The position numbers and the translations under genes are program-made. Shown piece after piece: positions 17,559 through 25,484 of a DNA stretch of 64,000 bases (positions are counted from its first letter, which is position 1; each line of letters opens with the position of its first letter). The notes under the pieces are model-generated. The model did not search any database, had not been told where the DNA came from, and was given only the letters and a program-made list of their open reading frames with translations. Source of the stretch: a virus (lineage: Duplodnaviria > Caudoviricetes); IMG/VR virus record IMGVR_UViG_3300033066_000778, positions 89,959 through 153,958 of that record; one strand, 5' to 3'.

Positions 17559-17735
17559 ATGACAAAAGAAGAACTTGACAAGCTCCTGAAGCTAATAAAT
17601 GAGAACCCAACTGAAATTCAACTACCAAAGATTGATGATAAAAAACTACTTGATACTTATCAGGTTGGATTCTTAAACGGTTACGCTAACCTGAGAATGA
17701 AGATCAAAAGGCTGTTCATCCCACAAGGTGGTTGA
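17559..17735 (+). CDS. 58-aa lone plus-strand protein (not in ORF track)
   Basis: MTKEELDKLLKLINENP...QGG*, followed by an agctata/tatagct hairpin. Confidence 0.5.
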   Translation: MTKEELDKLLKLINENPTEIQLPKIDDKKLLDTYQVGFLNGYANLRMKIKRLFIPQGG

Positions 17736-17763
17736 TGCCATAACTAAGCTATAGTTTATAGCT

Positions 17764-18156
17764 TTAGAACGGAACCAGATACTGATCTAGTTGTTCTGGA
17801 ATTTCGTAAGTTTCTGGCCTAAGTAACAGTAGCGTTAAGCAATTATCCGAACATACAGTACGAAGAACATAAGTATTCGCCTGTTGCCACTCTGTTCCCT
17901 TAACATGGAAATATACAAAGTGAACTAGATCTGGATACGGTGGATCTTTGTAGTAATACTCTTTTTTAGGTCCGTCACAAATACAACAACCAGCAAAAGT
18001 ACATAGTGATGATGTTAGTAATACGCCGTTATCGTTGTAAACACTGATACCAATTTCTTCTACTTCAATTGGTAACAGGTCTAGCCTTAGTACATATCTA
18101 CCCTTACTTGGGGCTAGGTCATCCAAGGCTAATACAAGAGAGAAATTACTTTTCAT
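17764..18156 (-). CDS. treble-clef-like (TRASH/FCS) Zn-finger array member
   Basis: CCICD...VCSDNCLTLLLLR. Confidence 0.7.
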   Translation of the reverse strand: MKSNFSLVLALDDLAPSKGRYVLRLDLLPIEVEEIGISVYNDNGVLLTSSLCTFAGCCICDGPKKEYYYKDPPYPDLVHFVYFHVKGTEWQQANTYVLRTVCSDNCLTLLLLRPETYEIPEQLDQYLVPF

Positions 18157-18578
18157 TTAACGTCATTCATAAAGTTTATTAGACTATCTTTCCAAAGAAA
18201 CTTTACCTTTGGGTATTCTGGCGTAACACTTTCAACCAAACAAAATAAATCCAGACATTGTTTATTACAGAATGTAAAAATTCTTTGCCAGTGACTATGT
18301 GTTGAATAAAGCTCTAAATTAGCCATATTTATGTTGCTTACAGAGACGTAAACATAGAGCTTCTTCCGGTGGTATCCAAGGTCATGACGGTTTTGGTCAC
18401 AGCCCTTGCAAAACTCCCAAGGAACACGACCCCGTCCTTCAACATAGATGCAGTCCCCTATAGCTGACTGGATTTCGTCTATGCTTTCGATTTTTTCGAA
18501 TGTATAGCTGTACGTACCCGGCGAGAAAGGTGCAAAAGGCATAGGACCAAGATGCTTCCGTAGAGGAAAAAAGATCAA
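18153..18578 (-). CDS. Zn-finger array member
   Basis: CKGCD...FCNKQCLDLFCL. Confidence 0.7.
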   Translation of the reverse strand: MIFFPLRKHLGPMPFAPFSPGTYSYTFEKIESIDEIQSAIGDCIYVEGRGRVPWEFCKGCDQNRHDLGYHRKKLYVYVSVSNINMANLELYSTHSHWQRIFTFCNKQCLDLFCLVESVTPEYPKVKFLWKDSLINFMNDVK

Positions 18579-18877
18579 GGGATAGATGTTGGAATAATTT
18601 GATCATCTTCGCGGAGGAGCCAAAGGTTCTTACACTGTTCGGAGCAAAAGTAGAGATTAAGATTAGACACCAAAGCGTCATTAAAAGAAACAACAATAAC
18701 ACTTGAACTACTAACATGCTCTTTTTCACAAAAACAGCAGCTAACTTCGTGATCTAAAGCTGTAGTGAATACTTTGTTAATAACAATTTTATTATTGTTA
18801 TTTCTATAAAAAGCAAGGTAACGCTGTATAGTCTTATGCTCGGCTTCAACGCGATTGATTGTTTTTGTCTCAGGCAT
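18575..18877 (-). CDS. Zn-finger array member
   Basis: CCFCE...FCSEQCKNLWLLR; start re-assigned to MPETK. Confidence 0.7.
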   Translation of the reverse strand: MPETKTINRVEAEHKTIQRYLAFYRNNNNKIVINKVFTTALDHEVSCCFCEKEHVSSSSVIVVSFNDALVSNLNLYFCSEQCKNLWLLREDDQIIPTSIP

Positions 18878-19289
18878 CTTTGTCACACTCGCGTAATGCC
18901 CTAGCATCTGAAAGAGCATTATGTGGGATTTTGGAAGAAAAACAAGATAACCGGCTATCTACTCTGAAGGTAAGAATAGGTGTATGTAGTTCCATCCTTA
19001 TGCCAGGACCAGTTATAAGGGCATTACAGAAAAGCTTGATATCTTCAGGCCAATCAGCAATGATCGTAATCTCCCAAAACTGCCTGAGAAACTTATTGAG
19101 CTTTTCCTGAAACTTCTTGTACGTTATGGGCTTTTTATTCAAGATTGGTATTACGTTGTCTTTAACCCAAGGAACTGGACTTCGGCAAGCTAAAACCTCA
19201 TAAAACTCTTCACCAGTTTCAGCCACCAAAGCCATGGAGATTAGTTTCCCGTTGAAGCCATTAAATTCTGTATCAATATAAATGTTCAT
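18870..19289 (-). CDS. DEDD 3'-5' exonuclease (RNase AS-like)
   Basis: IDTEF...LISMALV...WVKDNVIP...HNALSDARAL. Confidence 0.85.
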   Translation of the reverse strand: MNIYIDTEFNGFNGKLISMALVAETGEEFYEVLACRSPVPWVKDNVIPILNKKPITYKKFQEKLNKFLRQFWEITIIADWPEDIKLFCNALITGPGIRMELHTPILTFRVDSRLSCFSSKIPHNALSDARALRECDKDA

Positions 19290-19681
19290 TTCTTCCTCTT
19301 ACTCCTTGTCGTTCTTCCAATAACCGCTGTGTACATCCAGTATGGTAGATTAAATGGTACGATCTGGTCACCGATCTTAATCGTTGGGTATATCCCTCTA
19401 ACAGTACTGTAAAGTAGATCTACCTCTATATCTTCTTTTATCGTGTATCGTAAACAAAACATGTCGTAGCATGGTAAGGAGCAAAAAGTGGTACAAATAC
19501 CGAAGTCATTATATACCGTGTAGAAACCTCGTTTTGTCTTTATCTGTTTTTCACACATATTACAGTTAAAACTAAGTTCAAGACTATTCTCTTTGCACCT
19601 TACTATATCACGAGTAGGAAACTCCAAAAACGCATCGTACCTCGTAGGTGGGATAACCTGTTGCCAGCCAAGTGGTATCAT
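19286..19681 (-). CDS. Zn-finger array member
   Basis: CNMCE...FCSLPCYDMFCLR. Confidence 0.7.
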   Translation of the reverse strand: MIPLGWQQVIPPTRYDAFLEFPTRDIVRCKENSLELSFNCNMCEKQIKTKRGFYTVYNDFGICTTFCSLPCYDMFCLRYTIKEDIEVDLLYSTVRGIYPTIKIGDQIVPFNLPYWMYTAVIGRTTRSKRKK

Positions 19682-19902
19682 GCGTAGTCATCCATAAATA
19701 TTCTGCCATACCGGATCAAATGCAAGGACATACATTGAATACTACAAAAATAACAGGCTGGATAGGTGCCGTCTATGTAAAAGCAAGTATAGCTGTTTGG
19801 ATAATGATTCATTATAATATCAATGATCTCTGGGTCTACAGCACAACTAATACTTAGTACTGTCCTATTATCTACTTCAGAACTACAACAAAGACAAAGC
19901 AT
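19678..19902 (-). CDS. Zn-finger array member
   Basis: CLCC...FCSIQCMSLHLIR. Confidence 0.7.
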   Translation of the reverse strand: MLCLCCSSEVDNRTVLSISCAVDPEIIDIIMNHYPNSYTCFYIDGTYPACYFCSIQCMSLHLIRYGRIFMDDYA

Positions 19903-19903
19903 C

Positions 19904-20125
19904 TTAACCTTCTCTCAAGATAAGGATGCGCTCACACTCTTCTGAGCATACAGCAACGGTAATTTTCTGTTTTAGGGATTTGTGTAATTGCATGGCTAAG
20001 GGAGACGTTGGCCTATACGTAATCTGCATGTACCTACCATTTTTAGACTCTAGCTTACTTTCACAAACATGGCAATGAAAGGTAAAAACAATGTTATCTT
20101 TATCGCCGCCTAGAGTAAATGACAT
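19904..20125 (-). CDS. Zn-finger array member
   Basis: CHVC...VCSEECERILILREG. Confidence 0.72.
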   Translation of the reverse strand: MSFTLGGDKDNIVFTFHCHVCESKLESKNGRYMQITYRPTSPLAMQLHKSLKQKITVAVCSEECERILILREG

Positions 20126-20394
20126 TAGCCTTTCCTCAAATCATAAATACCCAAACAAGCGTCTGAGCAAATGTATATGAGGGAACTTGTTGACGACCAA
20201 GTAACATAAGTATCTGAGGATAACCGGACGTAGCACTTATTCGTACCTATGTCCTCATTACAAACCCCACAGTAAATCTTTAAGGTCATCTTTACGTTAT
20301 CTTTTTGAATGTCAATAATAGAACCGTAGTTATCCGCTATATTACTAGTTTTAGCCCAATTGAGCTTGTAATCGTCTTCGTTAGTTATTGGCAT
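20125..20394 (-). CDS. Zn-finger array member
   Basis: CGVC...ICSDACLGIYDLRKG. Confidence 0.72.
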   Translation of the reverse strand: MPITNEDDYKLNWAKTSNIADNYGSIIDIQKDNVKMTLKIYCGVCNEDIGTNKCYVRLSSDTYVTWSSTSSLIYICSDACLGIYDLRKG

Positions 20395-20645
20395 CAGTCA
20401 TGTCCTTCTCGTAGGATAAACAACTCTAAACAACGGTCAGAACAGATGTACACGTTACAGGATACCGTATAGCCATATTCTCCGTAAAGCGGAACATGAG
20501 TATCTGTTGATACACGACTATAGTATGTACTATCAAAGTCTACCATTAAACCACAAACATCACAGACATGATTAACATAATACGTGAAAGACTGATTACC
20601 AGGAGGTAATGTAACAACGAGGTTATTATCCACGGCTGAGTTCAT
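20394..20645 (-). CDS. Zn-finger array member
   Basis: CDVC...YICSDRCLELFILREG. Confidence 0.72.
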   Translation of the reverse strand: MNSAVDNNLVVTLPPGNQSFTYYVNHVCDVCGLMVDFDSTYYSRVSTDTHVPLYGEYGYTVSCNVYICSDRCLELFILREGHD

Positions 20646-20817
20646 AAAGCTCCTTACACCGATCTGAGCAAAAGTAAATAAAAGTCTCGTAGCGAGGGGG
20701 TTTAGCTTGCACTTGCATATGCAAAGTACACAAAACCTGATTTATCGTCTTAACAGGGTTACCACACTGGAAACAAGGAGTTTCACTGATTAACGACGTA
20801 TAAAAGAAGTGGATCAT
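20626..20817 (-). CDS. Zn-finger array member
   Basis: CFQC...FCSDRCKELYELSRG. Confidence 0.72.
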   Translation of the reverse strand: MIHFFYTSLISETPCFQCGNPVKTINQVLCTLHMQVQAKPPRYETFIYFCSDRCKELYELSRG

Positions 20818-21086
20818 ACACTCTCATTTGTATACGGTTCGTAAAACAGAGGCTTTAATACTATACCCTGTTCTACACTAAACATATCCAAACATACGTC
20901 AGAGCAAATATAACTTGGTTTAACAAAGTCTGTCTCAGAAATAATGTGTACAGTATGTACCCATCCGCTCGTTGTTATCTTGGTTTTACAGACATAACAA
21001 TACGTATCCAAAGGTAATAGTCCTATCTCTAAAGATAATAGTCCTATCTTTATAGAGTATCCCTGGCAATAGAATCTATCGGGCAT
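20814..21086 (-). CDS. Zn-finger array member
   Basis: CYVC...ICSDVCLDMF. Confidence 0.72.
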   Translation of the reverse strand: MPDRFYCQGYSIKIGLLSLEIGLLPLDTYCYVCKTKITTSGWVHTVHIISETDFVKPSYICSDVCLDMFSVEQGIVLKPLFYEPYTNESV

Positions 21087-21087
21087 T

Positions 21088-21273
21088 TTATACCCTCAGC
21101 ATTTGTATGTTCATACACTCTTCTGAACAACAGTAATAGTAATGTTCATAATATTGACTTCTTCGCTCTATTACTAAATAACAAATCATATCTTTTTCTA
21201 CTTGTGTATCACATACTGGACAAGACATAGACCCAAACGGTGATTTCGCTCTTCCAGTGGATACAATACTCAT
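21088..21273 (-). CDS. Zn-finger array member
   Basis: CPVC...CCSEECMNIQMLR. Confidence 0.72.
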   Translation of the reverse strand: MSIVSTGRAKSPFGSMSCPVCDTQVEKDMICYLVIERRSQYYEHYYYCCSEECMNIQMLRV

Positions 21274-21482
21274 TAGCCTAATCTCAGTAAAAGAAAATCT
21301 CTACAAGCAGTTGAACAACAGTAGGAAACACACTCAATTTGTATAGCATTGGGCTTTTCATACGCTACTGAATAACATACTGATCTTGGCTTTATTTCAG
21401 CTTCACATACTGTACAAAACAACTTGTAAAAAGCATTATTTGTATAAGGGACTTTTATCGTACCAGAATATGTAATGCTCAT
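21273..21482 (-). CDS. Zn-finger array member
   Basis: CTVC...CCSTACRDFLLLRLG. Confidence 0.72.
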   Translation of the reverse strand: MSITYSGTIKVPYTNNAFYKLFCTVCEAEIKPRSVCYSVAYEKPNAIQIECVSYCCSTACRDFLLLRLG

Positions 21483-21679
21483 TATCCAATCCTCAGTATA
21501 AACAAGTCTTTACATTGCGTTGAACAACAAAAGCTTTTAACCCTGGATGGAACGAAAGCCCAAAGAGTATAAGTAATTTCAAAGTAGTTATAATGTGCTC
21601 TGATGTCTTTATCGCAAATGGAGCAAATCAGATCTACTGGAGTAGATCTCCAATCTACGTCTACAGCCCTTATAGCCAT
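21482..21679 (-). CDS. Zn-finger array member
   Basis: CSIC...CCSTQCKDLFILRIG. Confidence 0.72.
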   Translation of the reverse strand: MAIRAVDVDWRSTPVDLICSICDKDIRAHYNYFEITYTLWAFVPSRVKSFCCSTQCKDLFILRIG

Positions 21680-22041
21680 TGGATCACGTCGTCATTTTCG
21701 TCGGGAGGCATGTAACACCCCGCATTCAGACAAAACAGAGAAACACACTGATCCGAACAAAACAGTAATGCAATCCCCATGATAAATCTGTTAGGAAACG
21801 AAGCCGGGTTAATCAAGGCCAAAATGGGTTTAAACCCCTGACGAAGCAAGGGGTCATTAAGATTCTTACCAGAAGAGATGTCTGCTGTCAACTCAAAGAA
21901 GCACATCAAGAACGAATCGTCTTTACCAAGTTTCTCGTTACACATAAAACATTGTTTTTTACCAGAAACCAAAGGGTCATCACGTTTTACGACGAATTTC
22001 TTGCTATACAGATCATAGATGTCTTTTATCTTAGTGTCCAT
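21670..22041 (-). CDS. Zn-finger array member
   Basis: CFMC...FCSDQCVSLFCL. Confidence 0.72.
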   Translation of the reverse strand: MDTKIKDIYDLYSKKFVVKRDDPLVSGKKQCFMCNEKLGKDDSFLMCFFELTADISSGKNLNDPLLRQGFKPILALINPASFPNRFIMGIALLFCSDQCVSLFCLNAGCYMPPDENDDVIQWL

Positions 22042-22331
22042 TCTGCCTTCTTTAAACCTCGCCAGTTAATCTTCGAATACGCGTCACTGGAAATATAGAA
22101 CAAATCGTGGCAAGGTCTAGTACAAAAATACAAAAGCTTATCAGTAAAAGCGTTAGGATGCCTTAGCATCATATAGTAGTAAGGTTTATTACCAATTTCT
22201 TTTTTACAGTAAAAACAATATTTAATTACGTCAGGACCATCTGCCTTCATTTTATAAAGGGTATTCACGTCATGGCGAACTTTAGGTCTTTTTCGTTTAA
22301 TACTCATAGTGATTCCAAAGTTATTGCTCAT
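22026..22331 (-). CDS. Zn-finger array member
   Basis: CFYC...FCTRPCHDLFYI. Confidence 0.72.
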   Translation of the reverse strand: MSNNFGITMSIKRKRPKVRHDVNTLYKMKADGPDVIKYCFYCKKEIGNKPYYYMMLRHPNAFTDKLLYFCTRPCHDLFYISSDAYSKINWRGLKKAEWTLR

Positions 22332-22564
22332 AAGGATCTAACCAGCCATAATTCTAAGCAGGATTTAGAACAAAACCAAACAAACTCTAAGTTAATGCTA
22401 ACCAAAGAATTATCGTTTAAACTCTCTGAGTAATATGCCCGTTTTTCTATCGAAAGTAGTTGAGTTACCATAGAATCTGAACAACCATCACACGCATAAG
22501 GGTAAGGACTGCTTAGCTTAGTGCTGTTGTACTTTCCATACTTATACGATAAGTTTTTAGCCAT
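22328..22564 (-). CDS. Zn-finger array member
   Basis: CDGC...FCSKSCLELWLVR. Confidence 0.72.
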   Translation of the reverse strand: MAKNLSYKYGKYNSTKLSSPYPYACDGCSDSMVTQLLSIEKRAYYSESLNDNSLVSINLEFVWFCSKSCLELWLVRSL

Positions 22565-22859
22565 TATCCAATACCCAAAGTTCCTTACACATTTTAGAGC
22601 AAAAGAACTTTATTTCCTCTGTTTTGCTGGCGGGAAACATAATACCGTCACGCTGTACAACATGATATCTGCGTTCTATGTATAACACTCTATAATGGCA
22701 GAAACCAGAAAAGTCACATCGTTCACAAGTTCGCCACTTACCAACTTTAAGTTTTCGTATACCAATATCTACCGCACGACAAATTCTTAACCAGCCGTTT
22801 GCACTATTGATATCTTTTAATTTAATGATCTTATTATTCATACGTGACACAAAGCCCAC
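22557..22859 (-). CDS. Zn-finger array member
   Basis: CERC...FCSKMCKELWVL. Confidence 0.72.
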   Translation of the reverse strand: MGFVSRMNNKIIKLKDINSANGWLRICRAVDIGIRKLKVGKWRTCERCDFSGFCHYRVLYIERRYHVVQRDGIMFPASKTEEIKFFCSKMCKELWVLDNG

Positions 22860-23131
22860 AACTGCTTACATTGCTCAGTACAAAAGTAATAATAAGAATG
22901 GTATTTATCCAAAAGAGTTTCTATCTCACTTTCCCCAATCAAGCTTTTTTCTGTCATCACCTTAATAGTATAAGGACACGGAACCTCTCGTCTGCAATGC
23001 GTACATACAAAAGTACCTTTGTACTTACGACGACTTCTCCTGGTATTGAGAGAAATCTCCCTAGTGTATTTTATCTTTTTTCCACTAGTATACGGAAAAA
23101 ACACGTCTTTTAGTTTAAGGAATTCAGACAT
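22838..23131 (-). CDS. Zn-finger array member
   Basis: CTHC...FCTEQCKQLWAL. Confidence 0.72.
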   Translation of the reverse strand: MSEFLKLKDVFFPYTSGKKIKYTREISLNTRRSRRKYKGTFVCTHCRREVPCPYTIKVMTEKSLIGESEIETLLDKYHSYYYFCTEQCKQLWALCHV

Positions 23132-23378
23132 TACTCAATACCCATAAATCACAGCATAACTGGGAACAGAAGTTAAGCTGTATATTATAGAAAAACTCCT
23201 GATCACCATTAAAGCGTTTCTTATATAACTTAGTCTTTAACGTAATCAAAGTACCCACTGAATCACATCGATCACAAGTATAAGGCATGTAATCCATTTC
23301 ATGACAAACGCACTTAAACCTAGCATCGAACCGTTCATCATTAAGTTTATTTCTCATCCGCACTCCCGTAACAACCAT
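23124..23378 (-). CDS. Zn-finger array member
   Basis: CDRC...FCSQLCCDLWVL. Confidence 0.72.
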   Translation of the reverse strand: MVVTGVRMRNKLNDERFDARFKCVCHEMDYMPYTCDRCDSVGTLITLKTKLYKKRFNGDQEFFYNIQLNFCSQLCCDLWVLSNV

Positions 23379-23617
23379 AATTCAGTACATTGCTTACTAC
23401 AAAAAAAGTAAAATAGTTTTTCTTCACAAGTTTGCTTCGTTCTCTTATACTCTGCTTTAAGTATTACCCGAAGTCTAAATCTACAACTATACTCGCCACA
23501 AAACCGACATGAAGCTTCTTCTAATCTGACTTGCTCTTCTGGTGTACAGCTAATAATTACTACTTGTCGGTAATATTGGGTATTCATAAGCTCTTCAGTA
23601 AAAAAGACTTCAGGCAT
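23354..23617 (-). CDS. Zn-finger array member
   Basis: CRFC...FCSKQCTELWLLR. Confidence 0.72.
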   Translation of the reverse strand: MPEVFFTEELMNTQYYRQVVIISCTPEEQVRLEEASCRFCGEYSCRFRLRVILKAEYKRTKQTCEEKLFYFFCSKQCTELWLLRECG

Positions 23618-23801
23618 TTGCTAAATACCAAAGTTTAGCACAGGATAGAGAACAAAAGTAATATCTTCTTTTATACACGAAGCCTAAATACCGAGTTTTT
23701 TCTACTATCCAGTACCTGCAACCTTTAGTATCGCAATGATGACAGACAAAACCCCGTCGTAAGGCAATTTTACTGATTCTGGAATAAGTGATATCAGGCA
23801 T
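23610..23801 (-). CDS. Zn-finger array member
   Basis: CHHC...FCSLSCAKLWYL. Confidence 0.72.
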   Translation of the reverse strand: MPDITYSRISKIALRRGFVCHHCDTKGCRYWIVEKTRYLGFVYKRRYYFCSLSCAKLWYLANA

Positions 23802-24066
23802 GACTCAAATAATAGATATTAGCACATTGTTTAGAACAGAAGTATAGTCTACCCGAAGCATCACGTAAATGTCGTAAAGTATCAGGAATCCAGTAATTCT
23901 TAACCAAGGAAGTTTTAACCGTCATCTTAATACTGTAATTACAACCGAACTTGGAGCAGGTTAAACAACTATACTCCCTTACCTTCCCTTTTCGGGGAAC
24001 GCTGTAATGAGTGGTTGTTATCGTTTCGGTTTTATAATCCGTAATCATGTGAAAAGGTCTAGTCAT
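23794..24066 (-). CDS. Zn-finger array member (first gene of the array)
   Basis: CLTC...FCSKQCANIYYL. Confidence 0.72.
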   Translation of the reverse strand: MTRPFHMITDYKTETITTTHYSVPRKGKVREYSCLTCSKFGCNYSIKMTVKTSLVKNYWIPDTLRHLRDASGRLYFCSKQCANIYYLSHA

Positions 24067-24081
24067 CGCTCATAAATATAT

Positions 24082-24118
24082 ACCTGGGATTGTTAGTATT
24101 CCAGGTTTTTTTGTTTTT
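24082..24118 (+). terminator. intrinsic terminator at the strand switch
   Basis: acctggga/ttccaggt hairpin followed by a T-tract. Confidence 0.55.
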
Positions 24119-24237
24119 ATCCTTTTAGCCCCTTGCTGCCCCCGAAGACCCCATACGCCCATTAACCCCTTTAATTACTTTTATATATCGCTTTTTAACT
24201 TGATTTCTAAAAACGACTCGTTAGGGGAAATGACCCG

Positions 24238-24266
24238 TTGACATCTGGGCATAGGGGGTAGCTAAT
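24238..24266 (+). promoter_or_regulatory. putative sigma70-type promoter of the GC-rich block
   Basis: TTGACA-17-GCTAAT; first hairpin begins at 24273. Confidence 0.5.
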
Positions 24267-24272
24267 TCATTG

Positions 24273-24800
24273 TCCCGGCGAACCGGGAGAGCAAGGGGCA
24301 GGTGTAGGTCACGGGCGGTTGAGAGGCCGTCTAGGGCTGACCCTGCCCAACACTGGCTCGCGCCACGATGAGGCGACAATCGTAGGCGCAGGATGTGTGT
24401 GTAAGTAAACCATCCGCCAGAACCCCCTTCCCAACATTGGAGGGGACTCTCTCTTCGCGGAGGTTAACAATCCGCGTAGTGACCCTAGCACAGATAGCGC
24501 CGGTATGGACTCACCGAACACCGTATGGTGAGGAAGTATCGGAGGTGACTAAAGGTAGTGTAAAGGTAGCACCTTACACTAGCGGTTCGTGGGGACTCCG
24601 AAACCCCAAATAACAAAAGGTTTTCTTTTTCAATGTCCTATCACCCGATGGGGCGGTTAAGAACGCAGTGGTTTCAAGACCACAGTGTCATGCGTTCGAC
24701 CATTGGGTGATAGGCTCACTCCAGGTAGCGTAACACAGCGACGCCGTGCGATGGCGGGGGGACATAGACTAGCGACCTATGTCCCCTTTGTTGCGACGGG
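24273..24800 (+). ncRNA. large GC-rich structured RNA / leader of unknown class
   Basis: At least 10 helices, e.g. tcccgg/ccggga, gggcag/ctgccc, ctggc/gccag, ccccttcc/ggagggg, cgcgga/tccgcg, tagtgtaa/ttacacta, cctatcacccgatgg/ccattgggtgatagg, ggggacatag/ctatgtcccc; no credible ORF. Confidence 0.65.
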
Positions 24801-24802
24801 AG

Positions 24803-24860
24803 GATGGGACGAAACAGAGTTCGCCTGTATGGCTTTGAAAAGCCACTGATGAGTCCCGTC
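24803..24860 (+). ncRNA. hammerhead ribozyme, type II
   Basis: GATGGGAC-GAAA-CAG[agttcgc]CTG-TA^-TGGCT[ttgaaa]AGCCA-CTGATGA-GTCCCGTC; complete core; predicted cleavage after A24829 (GUA). Confidence 0.92.
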
Positions 24861-24887
24861 ATCAGACTGAAACGCAAGGAGGTTCCC

Positions 24888-25316
24888 ATGCGGAACCGCG
24901 CTTCCCTCATTGACCTGAACATCCTCGTGTCCTCCATCCCCGTGTCCGCCCCCGAGACCCGGCAGGGCCGGGTCTTCGCCGCCGCCTGGGCGAAGGCGGA
25001 CGCGGCCTGCGTGGCGAGGCTGAAGGCGCGGCGGGCCGAGATCTCCGCCGCGTGGGCGGAGAAGGAGCGGGCTGAGAAGAAGGAGCGGATCGCCGCCATC
25101 CAGGCGGCGAAGGACCGCGCTGAGGCGCGGCGGGCCGAGGCCCGGAAGGTCGGGGCGGCCCGGCTGCTGAAGGCCGAGATGGAGAGGCAGGAGGCACTCG
25201 CCCGCATCGAGGCGGGCGGGCTGCTCGATGCCATGAAGGGCAAGATCTCGGAGCCGGACGGCATCCGGCTCACCAAGGAGTTGGCGGACATGTTCGCCGC
25301 CTTCGGGGAGATCTGA
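24888..25316 (+). CDS. Ala/Arg/Glu-rich helical protein, first gene after the ribozyme
   Basis: AAGGAGG RBS, ATG at 24888 (not 24804); very high GC. Confidence 0.75.
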   Translation: MRNRASLIDLNILVSSIPVSAPETRQGRVFAAAWAKADAACVARLKARRAEISAAWAEKERAEKKERIAAIQAAKDRAEARRAEARKVGAARLLKAEMERQEALARIEAGGLLDAMKGKISEPDGIRLTKELADMFAAFGEI

Positions 25317-25378
25317 TCTCCCCGAACAGCCACCTCACCGTTCGCAAGACCGGAACGATGTCGGTGGTCGAGAAGTAA

Positions 25379-25483
25379 ATGGAATTCATCGAGAGCAATC
25401 TGGTAGAGATTGCTTTCAGTCTGATAACGCTCATCGTGGCCTGTGCGTGCTATGTGGGCACAAAAGAAAATGAAGGAGAGTAA
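25379..25483 (+). CDS. 34-aa single-TM peptide (not in ORF track)
   Basis: MEFIESNLVEIAFSLITLIVACACYVGTKENEGE*. Confidence 0.4.
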   Translation: MEFIESNLVEIAFSLITLIVACACYVGTKENEGE

Positions 25484-25484
25484 C

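Noticed and set aside
17764-24066. Diversity-generating retroelement or CRISPR-like mechanism behind the array
   Set aside because: No reverse transcriptase in the window, no near-identical TR/VR pair, and no conserved DNA repeats between genes were seen.
24803-24866. Second hammerhead on the minus strand (CTGATGA from TCATCAG)
   Set aside because: No GAAA after a stem II; it is better explained as the plus-strand anti-core hairpin.
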